Virus record (IMG/VR): IMGVR_UViG_3300031520_000005
Coordinates: 1 to 47,341 of that record
Source: a virus
Taxonomy: Duplodnaviria > Caudoviricetes
Length of the DNA stretch: 47,341 bases
Reading direction: 5' to 3' (one strand)
In this document: positions 18,106-27,563 of the stretch, piece after piece
How the letters are laid out: each line of letters starts with the position of its first letter
Position numbering within the stretch: the stretch's first letter is position 1
Notes under the pieces: model-generated
Told to the model about the DNA's origin: nothing
The model's database searches: none
The model's input: the letters and a program-made list of their open reading frames with translations, nothing else
Program-made: the position numbers and the translations under genes

Positions 18106-18262
18106 AGGACAGTAGGACAGTTTAGGACAGTTATATAGGGTATTTGACATATAGCGCGCATATGTATAGGCTAAAACCTGGAAAACTGTCCCAACTGTCC
18201 ATTCCCATCTAAAAAAACTGTCCTGGACAGTTGTAAACAGGACAGTTTCAACTGTCCTGTTT
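18106..18262. repeat. Cluster of nine GGACAGT/ACTGTCC motifs with two perfect palindromes
   Basis: Motifs at 18106, 18114, 18124, 18185, 18194, 18217, 18225, 18239 and 18251; AACTGTCC-T-GGACAGTT and AAACAGGACAGTT-TC-AACTGTCCTGTTT. Confidence 0.9.
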
Positions 18263-18337
18263 CTTGCTATTCAGGGGCTTTCTTAGACATTGGCGGCTCA
18301 AAAGTGATGTAGTACCATTGTACCCGAAAAGCAGCTT

Positions 18338-18595
18338 TCAGTGCCCAAGCTGCCGTAGCCGGCGCGCTTCCGTAGCCGCCTTGTCTTTTTGTTCTTCCCG
18401 CTCAATCTCCGCGGCTTCCGCTTCACAGGCTTGCACGGTCAAAGCCACGCTTTTCCAAAACAACGGCATGGCTTCAATCTCAACAGGCGTGCAGTGGTAA
18501 TGCCTTGCGGCTCGGTCAATTTTGTACCAACTTGGACAATACCCGCGCTCCCCTTTGCTGACTATCCACCCGGTGAGGGCGCGGGCTTCGGAGGG
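18338..18595 (-). CDS. Tail assembly chaperone frameshift extension (gpT-like, -1 frame)
   Basis: Not in the track. Open -1 frame PSEARALTGWIVSKG...CPSWYKIDRAARHYHCTPVEIEAMP...LGH* overlapping the end of the chaperone gene. Confidence 0.7.
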   Translation of the reverse strand, partial: PSEARALTGWIVSKGERGYCPSWYKIDRAARHYHCTPVEIEAMPLFWKSVALTVQACEAEAAEIEREEQKDKAATEARRLRQLGH

Positions 18596-19071
18596 TCAAC
18601 CGAGTTTCCCGCCTCGTTGATGCGTTTCCATATCTCGGTTAAAAGCGGATACGGAATATCGGCGGCAATCTTTGCCTTTTCCAGCGGAAAAGGCGAGCCG
18701 TCAGCCTGCGTCATATCCCAAGAGGCCAAGGCATCCGGCAACTGTCCGGCCAGGTAGACAATGCGATCCCGCACGCGAGACTGCGCGAACTCCGTAATGG
18801 CATCTTCCGCCGCAATCAAAGTCGCTTCTGCGCTGTCCAGTTGCTCGCCTTCAGCCAGTTCATAGGCTTTCAGCGCAATTTCCAGGACGCGGGTCAGTTT
18901 GCGTTCACGGCGATCTGCCGCCTGTTCTGTTTTGCTTTCGGCCAGTGCAATCTCTGCCAGCCGGTCAGAGGAATAGCGCGCGAAAAGATACTGTGCGCGG
19001 AGCGTCTGCCCGCCAAACGCAACTTCGATAAGCCGCGTGGCCGCGCTGAGTTGATAGGGGTCAAATGCCAT
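18562..19071 (-). CDS. Tail assembly chaperone (gpG-like)
   Basis: Lies between the tail tube and tape measure genes; LASWDMT..DG.PFP motif. Confidence 0.75.
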   Translation of the reverse strand: MAFDPYQLSAATRLIEVAFGGQTLRAQYLFARYSSDRLAEIALAESKTEQAADRRERKLTRVLEIALKAYELAEGEQLDSAEATLIAAEDAITEFAQSRVRDRIVYLAGQLPDALASWDMTQADGSPFPLEKAKIAADIPYPLLTEIWKRINEAGNSVDPPKPAPSPGG

Positions 19072-19080
19072 TGTTGTTCC

Positions 19081-21375
19081 TTATGCGCTCACGCCGCACG
19101 ACTCAAGCGGGATGAGGGCCGTCGGCTGCTGCGCGGCAATCAAGGGAGTGCCTGCTGCCAGGAGGTTCGGGGCCAGCGTGCCATCAACATCAACCAAGAT
19201 TTCCAAAAAGCTCCGGCTCGCGCTGTCATAGATGGCTTTTAGGTCATACTGGCCCGCCGTCACGTTTTCCGTATTCGCGCGGCGCGGGTTGCGGAAGTTG
19301 AGCGGATAGGTAATCTGGATGCGGTTGCGATACGTGACCCCGCCCACCGTCTCAATGTCCGGGCCGCAGGCGACAATCCGGCACCACTTCTGCGCTTTGG
19401 CCCTGAGCGCCCCCATGACCTGCTGCTGCCCAAACGCGTCCTGCTGGATGTTGATCGCCCCCAAAATGTCGTTCTTCTGCTCGGCAAACCCGTTGTAAGA
19501 GGGCTGGGTGCTGTCGCCGACAAACACCGGCGCGAAGCGATTGTTCATCGCGATGGACGTTTCGTAGCAATCAGTCAGCTTCGCGGCATCCACAAACCCG
19601 GCGAGGGTATCGGCAATGTAGGCGCTCCAATCGTCGCCGTCCACAACGACTAGCGGCACATCATTGACGGCGGTGTCTGCCGCCAAAGCCACGCCATTTT
19701 CAGCGAGCCGCTGGGCAAACCCGCTGCCGCCAAAGACAGGCTTGTCACGGGCAAAGGTGAGGGAGAAAGAGGCAAGAGCGGCGCGGGCGGCGCGGGCGGC
19801 GGCCCCCAGCCCATAGCCCCAGTCCAGGGTCGTCACGTCAACCTCGTCAGCCGTACTCGGAGATGGGCGGAAAGCATAGCGCTTCGTTTTGACTGCCGCC
19901 GCCCCGCCTGTGCCCGGCGTGGTGACGACCGCTTTGCAGAGACACATGTCCAAAGCGACAATCGTGTCAAAGTAAGCCATCGTGCCCGATACGGCGAGCG
20001 TGGTGTGCTTGCCCTGATGAGACTGCGTGCCGACCGCAACCTTAAAGCCGGAGGCGTCCACGTCATCCATCGGCTCTACGGGCGTCGGGGCCAGCGTCAA
20101 GGAAAGCAGGCGGTTTGTCGCGTTGACGCCCTGCGCAAGAGTGGCCTGGGTCGTGGCGTCATGGACGCCGTACCGAAGCTGCTCTAAAATGGCGGATCGT
20201 TTAAGGTTTGTTCCTGGCACGATGAGTACTCCTGAGGTGATGAGAGCGCTGACGGCACCGACTGTTGAGCCGACCGCGTTGTTTGCCGTCAGGCGATAGA
20301 AATAGCCCGCGCTCGGCGAAACGGTGTCGCTGAACGTGGCGGCGGGGGTGACGGCCAGCGCATCAGCCGCAAAGGTTCCCGGTGAACCTGCAATTGCAGG
20401 CGCGCGGTACAGGTCATAGGACGTGGCCCCGCCTGCGAGGGCGGGGATAATGACAGGGATGCGGGTTGGGGTCGGCGTGCCGAACGTCGGCGCGGCAGGG
20501 GCCGTCGGGGCGGGGATAGGCGTTGAAACCTGCGCCGACGGGCCGGTTGTCGTGCCCCCAGAACCGACGGCTACCAGTTGGTAGGCGTAGGTCGTGCCGG
20601 AAGCAACAGTCGCGTCGGCAAAGACCGTCGAGGGCGGGACGCCCGTGCCGCCCGTGACAGTCGCGAAGGCCCCAAGAGTCCCGCCCGTGACAGTCGCCCG
20701 CTGAAGATTGTACGACGTGGCATTAGCAGTCAGGGCCGGGATGTTAACCGGGACGCTGCTTGCCGTCGGAGTGCCGAATGTCGGGGCAGGCGGCGCAGTT
20801 GGGGCGGTAACAATGTCAAACAGGCCATAAGCGTTTGTGCTATTGCCCATCAGCAGTTCTAGCGCGTACCCAACGCCGAGAGCCGTACCCGTATTTGCCG
20901 TCACCGAGAAAACCGGGTTCGTGTACGAACCCGGTGGAATGGTTGATGTTTGGCCGGTGTTTGTGACTGTGAAAGTGCCAAGCGTTATGCTTGCACCTGC
21001 CGCCGGAGCAGGCGTGGACGCGCCGATGAGCGCGCCCGTGGACGTAACAATCTGTAGATTGTTAACGACTGTTGGCTGCGAAGTTCCCGGCCCCGCGCCG
21101 GTAGTAGTAAACGGTACATTAACAGGGCCAGCGCCAACTGCTATTTGGATGTTTGCCATATGTTTAATTGCCTTGTCATGCTTGAGTACCCGACGCTGAC
21201 GACGCCTGATTACCCAGTGCTGACGAGTTGCTGCTTCATGTCGTGCCGGTTTGCCCGACATCAGTTGATGAGGGTGTAACGACGTAAAAACGAGAGGCTT
21301 GTGCTGTTGGGAGAAAACGAGTTGGGTAGCGAAAACGAACGCGAGAAACAGGGCGACTTTACTGCCTTTTTGCAT
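19081..21375 (-). CDS. Major tail (tube) protein with N-terminal Fn3/Ig-like extensions; alternative start ATG 21159
   Basis: Two Fn3-like repeats (SYNLQR...YAYQLVA; SYDLYR...YFYRLTA) precede a ~375-aa tube-like domain; gene lies before the chaperone. Confidence 0.7.
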   Translation of the reverse strand: MQKGSKVALFLAFVFATQLVFSQQHKPLVFTSLHPHQLMSGKPARHEAATRQHWVIRRRQRRVLKHDKAIKHMANIQIAVGAGPVNVPFTTTGAGPGTSQPTVVNNLQIVTSTGALIGASTPAPAAGASITLGTFTVTNTGQTSTIPPGSYTNPVFSVTANTGTALGVGYALELLMGNSTNAYGLFDIVTAPTAPPAPTFGTPTASSVPVNIPALTANATSYNLQRATVTGGTLGAFATVTGGTGVPPSTVFADATVASGTTYAYQLVAVGSGGTTTGPSAQVSTPIPAPTAPAAPTFGTPTPTRIPVIIPALAGGATSYDLYRAPAIAGSPGTFAADALAVTPAATFSDTVSPSAGYFYRLTANNAVGSTVGAVSALITSGVLIVPGTNLKRSAILEQLRYGVHDATTQATLAQGVNATNRLLSLTLAPTPVEPMDDVDASGFKVAVGTQSHQGKHTTLAVSGTMAYFDTIVALDMCLCKAVVTTPGTGGAAAVKTKRYAFRPSPSTADEVDVTTLDWGYGLGAAARAARAALASFSLTFARDKPVFGGSGFAQRLAENGVALAADTAVNDVPLVVVDGDDWSAYIADTLAGFVDAAKLTDCYETSIAMNNRFAPVFVGDSTQPSYNGFAEQKNDILGAINIQQDAFGQQQVMGALRAKAQKWCRIVACGPDIETVGGVTYRNRIQITYPLNFRNPRRANTENVTAGQYDLKAIYDSASRSFLEILVDVDGTLAPNLLAAGTPLIAAQQPTALIPLESCGVSA

Positions 21376-21469
21376 GAGAGGGTTCGTTTTCTTGGGGGCC
21401 TATGACCCCCTAAGAATACCCTGCACGCTTGGCTGTTTATTTATTCTCTTTATTTATCGGCGGGAGTTG

Positions 21470-21739
21470 TCACGCGGGCGGCGCGGCGACAACCGGGCGC
21501 ACAGGCGCGGGCGGGGCGGGGGCTTGATTGGCCTGATTATCGGCGGCGTCCCGCGCGTCTTTGTCGGACTGGGCTTTGGCAGCTTGCTGCTGCACAATCT
21601 CGGCGTCTCGGGTTTCCGCATGGACGGCGCGGCTGAGCGCTTGGTACGCGCCGGGGCTTTCAATCTTCACGTTCTGGCCAGGCCCATAAGTTTGGCCGTC
21701 GTAGGTGTATTTTTGGTCAAGGTTAAGCGTGTCTGCCAT
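21470..21739 (-). CDS. Hypothetical structural-region protein
   Basis: AGGAG RBS; 89 aa. Confidence 0.65.
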   Translation of the reverse strand: MADTLNLDQKYTYDGQTYGPGQNVKIESPGAYQALSRAVHAETRDAEIVQQQAAKAQSDKDARDAADNQANQAPAPPAPVRPVVAAPPA

Positions 21740-21754
21740 AATATTCTCCTGTTG

Positions 21755-22240
21755 TTAGGGGTAGGTCTGCAAAAAGAAACGGAAGCGCCCGCCAATGTGC
21801 AATGTTCGCACCGGGGAGCCGCCTATTTCTTCGCTGGTCGTGTAAAATATCGGGTTTTCTCGGTGACTGCCTTGAATGGCAACGCCAATGCTCTGGGCAT
21901 CTATGGGCGGGATAATCACCTGCCCGACGCGGGCGCACAGCCGGTTGATGGCCTGCACAAGCGCGCGGGTTGCCGGGAAGGTTGGGTCAAGGTTATCCGC
22001 CATCACCTTGACCTGCACCAGTGGGCGCGTGTGGCTGACTACGCCGCCGGAACTGAGGCTGTCGGGGCTTGAGGCGAGGCTGACAGCGACAAACGGTTTG
22101 GGCGTGTTCTGCGGGGCCGTGCCGTCCAGCCAGGCGCGGGCAGCAATTGTCGGGTCGGCGCACAGGCGCGCAAGCAGCCAGTCCAGAAACGGTAGCAGTT
22201 CGTTGCCGCCTTTTGGCCCGTCCTGCGCTGTATCGCTCAT
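21755..22240 (-). CDS. Tail terminator-like protein
   Basis: Synteny; AP..TPKPFVAVS...LVQVKV pattern. Confidence 0.6.
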   Translation of the reverse strand: MSDTAQDGPKGGNELLPFLDWLLARLCADPTIAARAWLDGTAPQNTPKPFVAVSLASSPDSLSSGGVVSHTRPLVQVKVMADNLDPTFPATRALVQAINRLCARVGQVIIPPIDAQSIGVAIQGSHRENPIFYTTSEEIGGSPVRTLHIGGRFRFFLQTYP

Positions 22241-22404
22241 GAGCAGGTTTTTGCTTCGCCAATTATCACTTGGGCATCAAAGCCGTTCACGTGGATGCTT
22301 TCAATCTCCATCGGGTCTCCGTAGGAAACCGCAAGTACAGGCAAGTTGCCGTTCCCTGCGTTTATTAACTCCACCAGTTTTTCAGCAAGTTCTTTGACTG
22401 TCAT
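22237..22404 (-). CDS. Hypothetical protein (55 aa)
   Basis: Not in the track. MTVKELAEKLVELINAGNGNLPV..., with ATGA overlaps at both ends. Confidence 0.65.
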   Translation of the reverse strand: MTVKELAEKLVELINAGNGNLPVLAVSYGDPMEIESIHVNGFDAQVIIGEAKTCS

Positions 22405-22838
22405 CTGCCGTTCGCTCCCTGTTTTGCCCCAGCCCTCACCGCGCCTGCCACAGCCTTGACAAACTCCGGGCGCTGGCTCTCTACGGCAGGCACGGCGAAC
22501 CCTTGCGGGGCTTTGCGCGAGCCGCCCATCTCAATCTCCTGCGCATGCGCCGCCGCCCAAGCCACAATGCCCTGCGTGTCGTGGGTAGGCCGCTCCACTT
22601 CGGGCAGGATTTCTACCTTTGGATTGACCCCCTGCGATGCGGCCACGGCCTCGCCATAGGTGCTTTCGGCGGTCGTCAGCAGGTAGGGGCTTTTGACCAA
22701 AGACGACGTAAGGACGGGCGTAAGCGGCGCGGCGGCATCAATAATGCCCTGAAGCTGGCGAGGCACTACGGCCACAAGGGCTTTGTGGATGGCCGGGCCG
22801 ATGCGCGGCAGATGGTTGCGCTCAATGCGGATTGCCAT
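22401..22838 (-). CDS. HK97 gp10-like tail completion/neck protein
   Basis: TPVLTSSL..S...A..IEMG....PQGFAVPAVE motif and synteny. Confidence 0.65.
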   Translation of the reverse strand: MAIRIERNHLPRIGPAIHKALVAVVPRQLQGIIDAAAPLTPVLTSSLVKSPYLLTTAESTYGEAVAASQGVNPKVEILPEVERPTHDTQGIVAWAAAHAQEIEMGGSRKAPQGFAVPAVESQRPEFVKAVAGAVRAGAKQGANGR

Positions 22839-22842
22839 TAAC

Positions 22843-23286
22843 TTAATCTCCGCCTTCGGTTTTGCAGAAGCAGGTCAGCACAAACACGTGGGAAGCTCCG
22901 GCGTTTGTGCCGGTCACGTCGTAAATGATGCCCGTGCCTGTGCGATTGCCGCTCGCGTCCAAATCGTACACGCGCAGGCGGTCGGTCGAAGGGATAATCG
23001 CGGTTTCCAGCGGCACGAACACCCGCCACTCATTGGTGTCTACCGGACGGCCTGCCAGCTCAAGCTCGCGCCCGCTGCTGCGCCCCAGCCCTTTGGCAAC
23101 CGAGCAGGGGAGAAACGCGCCAAACACAACTTCGGCACCCGGCGCGGGTCGCCCGTAAGCGTCTAGGACCGTGCCCTTGCGTAGAATGCTGCACGAGCGG
23201 TTAAAGAGCTGACCTTCTGCCTGCCGCCCTTTCGCAAAAGCCGCGCCTATCTGCGCCTGAATGTTTAGGGCCAAACCTAACCCCAA
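22843..23286 (-). CDS. Head closure/head-tail adaptor protein
   Basis: DAYGRP...TDRLRV...YDVTG pattern; synteny. Confidence 0.6.
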   Translation of the reverse strand: MGLGLALNIQAQIGAAFAKGRQAEGQLFNRSCSILRKGTVLDAYGRPAPGAEVVFGAFLPCSVAKGLGRSSGRELELAGRPVDTNEWRVFVPLETAIIPSTDRLRVYDLDASGNRTGTGIIYDVTGTNAGASHVFVLTCFCKTEGGD

Positions 23287-24101
23287 TTGCCGAGAAGTGG
23301 ATACAGCGCATAGTCCAGCAAGACCGCGCCGTAGTCAAAGCCATAACCACTACCATAGCCGCACTGGTTGTGCCCGGAACGCCCGTAATGGTGCGTGTTT
23401 TGCCGCACATTGCCGAACAGTTTCACGCTGCCATTCTTTGTTGCCCTCTCCGTGACAATAAATGAGATACGCGCTATCGCCTCCTGCCCCTCTTTTATCA
23501 ATGCCGGCGGGTCGGCATAAACGGGGCCGCTCCACACAATCTTTGCCCCGTCTGCATCAGTCAGCCCGGTAATCACGCCCGCGCCCATGGCAATGCGCAA
23601 AGGCGACACAAGGCGAGCGGCAACAAAGCATCCGAGGGCGTACCCAGTCAAGAATATGTCGGGGCCACTGAGGGCGGCGAGGTTGGCAAACCCCGGCGAC
23701 TGCCACACAAGCAGGATTTCGGCGAGTGTCAGCTCATCGCTAAATGACGCGGGCAGGTCAGCCAAAGCAAGGCCGAGTTTGGCCGCGGCAGTTGCTTGTG
23801 CCTGCGTAAGCAGGGAGGGCGGCGGCAGGCTTGCGGCGGCGGCAGCCACAAGCGCGGCGGCATTCACGGGGCCACTCACGGGCTGCCCGCCCCGGCCATC
23901 ATCAAACTGCACAAAGCCCGTGCTGAAACTATCGGGCAGGGTCAATACCGCGCCGTAGTTGCCGCCGCCCAAATTGATAATGCCCGCCGTTGTGCGCGGC
24001 AGGATTACCGCCTTTTGCGCGTCAAGCAGGGTCACGCCGACCGTGATCAGTCCAGGGTCGGAGAAGCCGGCTTGAAAAGCGAATGTGCGCGGGTTACTCA
24101 T
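23277..24101 (-). CDS. Putative head-tail connector protein
   Basis: Synteny after the capsid block; 274 aa. Confidence 0.5.
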   Translation of the reverse strand: MSNPRTFAFQAGFSDPGLITVGVTLLDAQKAVILPRTTAGIINLGGGNYGAVLTLPDSFSTGFVQFDDGRGGQPVSGPVNAAALVAAAAASLPPPSLLTQAQATAAAKLGLALADLPASFSDELTLAEILLVWQSPGFANLAALSGPDIFLTGYALGCFVAARLVSPLRIAMGAGVITGLTDADGAKIVWSGPVYADPPALIKEGQEAIARISFIVTERATKNGSVKLFGNVRQNTHHYGRSGHNQCGYGSGYGFDYGAVLLDYALYPLLGNWG

Positions 24102-24135
24102 GGTTTTAGGGTTGCTTGCGGGATTACGGCGAACG

Positions 24136-24426
24136 TCAAATCATTGGGTGTTTCCGGCTCATACTGCGCCCCGACTGCTCCCACTGACCCGACTGCTCCC
24201 ACTGACCCGATTGCCAGCCGTTGCCTGCGCTTGTGCCCCGGTAGATGTGCGTCAGCGCGTCGTCGGCCAGGCCCAATTGATTGGGGGCAAGGCGCACGAC
24301 GTTTGCCACGAGGTCACTTTCGCGGGCCACATGCCGCTGCGTCTGCACGCCGCTTGTGGCGGTTTGGGCAGACGCACAAATAGGCAGCAGGAACAGGGCC
24401 AATAGAAGGGGGCGACAGGGGTTCAT
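24136..24426 (-). CDS. Hypothetical protein with a signal-peptide-like N-terminus
   Basis: MNPCRPLLLALFLLPICASAQ; QSGQWE 18-bp duplication. Confidence 0.5.
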   Translation of the reverse strand: MNPCRPLLLALFLLPICASAQTATSGVQTQRHVARESDLVANVVRLAPNQLGLADDALTHIYRGTSAGNGWQSGQWEQSGQWEQSGRSMSRKHPMI

Positions 24427-24431
24427 GGAGG

Positions 24432-24986
24432 CTAGGCCACAGGCGTCGCAACAAACGTCCCGTCCGGGTTGACGGCTGTGACCGTGTGGGCAACAGGCGC
24501 GGCGGCAGGGTCGGGGCCGCTTGTGACCGTCACAGGATCACCCACCGCCGCTGCCGGGTCGCCTGCGTTCGGCGTGATCGTCACCGTGCCGTCCGGGTTG
24601 CTGACTACGCTCTGCCCCGGCGTTGGCGACACAGTCTGCCCGCCAGCAGGCGCAGGAGTCGTGTTGTGCAGCAGGTCATTATTTGCCTTAATGGTTTGCA
24701 AAGCCTGCGTCATAGCGGCGTCTTTTGCGTCGTTTTCGGCTTGCAGGTTTTTGTTGTGCGTAGTCAAGTCAGCGATAGTCGCCGCGTCTGCCTGCTCCTT
24801 GGCGACTTCAGCTTGGGCCGCTTCGGTGTTTGCCCTAGCGGCTGTCAAAAGGTCATCGGTAATTGCCATAATGTTCTCCGTGAGTTTGTGTAGTGTATCG
24901 TGAGTCAATGACGTGCCCCCAAAAGACACGTCCACAGTCCCCGCCGCTGTGCATTCAATGGTGAGTGTTATGATGGGGTGTTTCAT
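24432..24986 (-). CDS. Hypothetical coiled-coil / Pro-Thr-rich protein
   Basis: 184-aa ORF in operon order. Confidence 0.6.
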   Translation of the reverse strand: MKHPIITLTIECTAAGTVDVSFGGTSLTHDTLHKLTENIMAITDDLLTAARANTEAAQAEVAKEQADAATIADLTTHNKNLQAENDAKDAAMTQALQTIKANNDLLHNTTPAPAGGQTVSPTPGQSVVSNPDGTVTITPNAGDPAAAVGDPVTVTSGPDPAAAPVAHTVTAVNPDGTFVATPVA

Positions 24987-25010
24987 CAGAGTTCTGATTT
25001 CAATGATGGG

Positions 25011-25193
25011 TTAGGCTTTGGGCACAGCGGCGGTGGCGGCTTTTGCCGGGTCAGCAGGCGGGGCGGGCGGCACTTCTTCGACAGGGAGTTTATTCACGTC
25101 CGTGATAAACTCTTCGCCGACCATGACGCTTCCGCCGTCTTTGATAATCTGCACCATATCCTCATGGGTCAGTTTGGTCTTTTTGTCTGCCAT
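25011..25193 (-). CDS. Small capsid-associated hypothetical protein
   Basis: 60 aa, directly after the major capsid gene. Confidence 0.65.
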   Translation of the reverse strand: MADKKTKLTHEDMVQIIKDGGSVMVGEEFITDVNKLPVEEVPPAPPADPAKAATAAVPKA

Positions 25194-25259
25194 CGTTTTA
25201 GTCTTTGCCTTTCACGCGGTCAATTTACAAGGTGCAAGCAATTAGTAGCAAGCAAGCAA

Positions 25260-26384
25260 TTAGTAGCAGGTGAGACACGCCGATGCAGGCTCCCAGTGCT
25301 TGCGCGGGAACCCGCGCTGCACGGCCCAAAGCACCTGTCCGGGCGGGTTGCCTTGCAAGTTTGCAGCAGTGGCATAAGCCACCGGCCCCGCCTGCTCGTT
25401 TGCGAACCCGCCACCGATAATTCCCGGAACCATGCCGGGAATTGTCTCCGGCACAATCGCGTTGGCAAAGTCCCAGCAGGTAAAACTCCCCCACTGCGAG
25501 CTATCAGTCAAGACAGCCTTGTTCTCCGGCTGGAACCGGGTCGTTACGCGCGTGCCGTCGGGCAATTCTTCATGCGTGCGCCGGTCATAGGTTTCCACCA
25601 TGAGAGAGAGCATATTGCCCAGCACGTTGCTGGCATAGACAAGGTTTTGTCCAGAGACGTTCGCCGTGATATTGGCAGGCATGCCCGCCCCACGATACAG
25701 CGGCTCAAGGGCACGGTACTCGGCGCTAGCGATAATGTACCGAAGCTCTTGCGTGGAGATTGTCAGAGTGTCGTACTCTTCGCCATACAAAAAGCTGCCT
25801 TGCTGCTTGAGGCTGAGAAAGTCGGAGACGGGAGTCGCAGTCGCGGCGGCGGTGTGCAGCACCGCCGGGGTCACTTTCAGCGTTGCGGGCATGCCCCAAT
25901 TGACGCCTGCCATCACAATGCCGTAGCGGTTGTATGCCGCGCCACTTTCCGTAATCATCTGGTTAATCAGCAGCTCTACACGATCAGACACGCCGCTGCT
26001 CAGGCGGCGCAGGCTGTTTGCTACGTAGTCGTCAAAGAAATTCGTCTCGCTGGTGGTGGCAAGATTGGACTCAATACGCATAATAAGCAAAAGCATAGTT
26101 TCGCTCATCATCTGCCCGTGCTTGATCTTGGGGATTTCACTTTGTTGCAACCGGATTGGCTCGGCTGAATGAATAACGGCGGCTTGGTCGGTCTCAATAA
26201 TGTCGGCGGCGACTACCTGCCCCGCCATGCGCGCCATAATCTCGCTATCCATTGCGTCTATGACGGGCACGCGGTCGCTCCAAAGGCGGCGGCCCGGCAA
26301 ATCGTTCTCTTCCACAATCTCTTTGTAAATCGCCCGAATGCGCAGGATCGCCAGCGGCCCCATGCCCGAATATGTTGATGCCAT
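25260..26384 (-). CDS. Major capsid protein (lambda gpE-like arrangement)
   Basis: 374 aa, after protease, scaffold and decoration genes; AAGGA RBS. Confidence 0.8.
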   Translation of the reverse strand: MASTYSGMGPLAILRIRAIYKEIVEENDLPGRRLWSDRVPVIDAMDSEIMARMAGQVVAADIIETDQAAVIHSAEPIRLQQSEIPKIKHGQMMSETMLLLIMRIESNLATTSETNFFDDYVANSLRRLSSGVSDRVELLINQMITESGAAYNRYGIVMAGVNWGMPATLKVTPAVLHTAAATATPVSDFLSLKQQGSFLYGEEYDTLTISTQELRYIIASAEYRALEPLYRGAGMPANITANVSGQNLVYASNVLGNMLSLMVETYDRRTHEELPDGTRVTTRFQPENKAVLTDSSQWGSFTCWDFANAIVPETIPGMVPGIIGGGFANEQAGPVAYATAANLQGNPPGQVLWAVQRGFPRKHWEPASACLTCY

Positions 26385-26454
26385 GTTTTTGTTCCTTTTC
26401 TGGGTGCTGTTAGTTTTTTCTGGGTACTGTTAGTCAGATTCTGACTTTTAGTCA

Positions 26455-26907
26455 CTACACAAGCAGCAGGCGCGGGAATACGGCGGCGAGCGTGGCGTTC
26501 CATGTTGGCACATAGGCCCCGGCAGCGAGCGCTTTAATGCGCGCTTGAAAGACGCGCCCGCCCTCAAACACGCCCGGCACATAGTCCGAGTGCGGGTCGG
26601 TCTGCACATACGTATAATTGACAAGATAGGCCGCGCCACGGGCGAGCGTCTGCCGCCCGTCTAAGGCTGCTGTGTCATACGGGCCGAACAGTCCACTGGC
26701 GGTAATCTGCGTTATCACCGTGCCAAACGGGATATAGTTCGTGCCCGCTTTGACAACGTAGCCATCAGGGAGAGTAGTATCGGCGACGTTTGCCGGGACT
26801 GTTGACCAGTCAATTGTCACGCCGCCCGCTTTGTACTCGGGAACGCCATCTGCCGAAGCCGGAACCGATCTCCCAACATTTAGAATTGTTTTGGGGCCAA
26901 AAGCCAT
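26455..26907 (-). CDS. Head decoration protein
   Basis: GTVITQITASGLFGPYD...DGRQT motif; precedes the capsid gene. Confidence 0.75.
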   Translation of the reverse strand: MAFGPKTILNVGRSVPASADGVPEYKAGGVTIDWSTVPANVADTTLPDGYVVKAGTNYIPFGTVITQITASGLFGPYDTAALDGRQTLARGAAYLVNYTYVQTDPHSDYVPGVFEGGRVFQARIKALAAGAYVPTWNATLAAVFPRLLLV

Positions 26908-26937
26908 TGTTTTATTCCTCTCTTGTCAACGTGGGGG

Positions 26938-27516
26938 TTAAGACTTCTTGCCGCGAGCCGAGCCAATCCAAGACTTGCCGCGCGTTCGCGCGGCAATTGT
27001 TTTGGCGTGTACTGCCATCTGCGTCTCTGCCATGTTTCCCGCCGCATCAGTCGCCGGCTCAATATCACTGCTTGCGGCTGCGCTTGTCTGCCGGGGCCAT
27101 CCGGCAGCAGGAGCAACCGCTTCGGCCTTAATCTCGTAAGCCTCCGCCAGCATGGTGAGTGCCTCTCCGCTAGCCGCATCAATACGGCCCTCAGCCGCCG
27201 CAAGCCCCGCCGCGTCCATGCCAAACGCGAACCTGGCAGACGCTTTGGCCTCAGTGCGCTTTGCGGTCAACGCAGTTTCTTGTGCGGCGGTGTGTGCGGC
27301 CTCAAAAGGTTTCAGCGCGTCCCGCTCGGCGGTGAGGGCGGCAACCTGCGCGGCGAAGTCATGCGAGATCTCCGCGTGCTGCTTCATGGCGGCGAACTTC
27401 TCCGGGGTGTTGACCCCAGCATCAAACGCGGCGGCAAGCACCGGGTGGGTCCGAGCGGCAGCCAATTCTTCTGCATCTTCTTCCCATGCTGGCTTCTTGG
27501 CAGAAAAGAGTCCCAT
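26938..27516 (-). CDS. Capsid scaffolding-like protein
   Basis: Ala/Glu-rich helical protein after the protease; AAGGA RBS before ATG 27516. Confidence 0.6.
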   Translation of the reverse strand: MGLFSAKKPAWEEDAEELAAARTHPVLAAAFDAGVNTPEKFAAMKQHAEISHDFAAQVAALTAERDALKPFEAAHTAAQETALTAKRTEAKASARFAFGMDAAGLAAAEGRIDAASGEALTMLAEAYEIKAEAVAPAAGWPRQTSAAASSDIEPATDAAGNMAETQMAVHAKTIAARTRGKSWIGSARGKKS

Positions 27517-27563
27517 ATCATTGTCCTTTCGGTCATGCCCTCGCGTTAATGCTCGGGGAGTAA

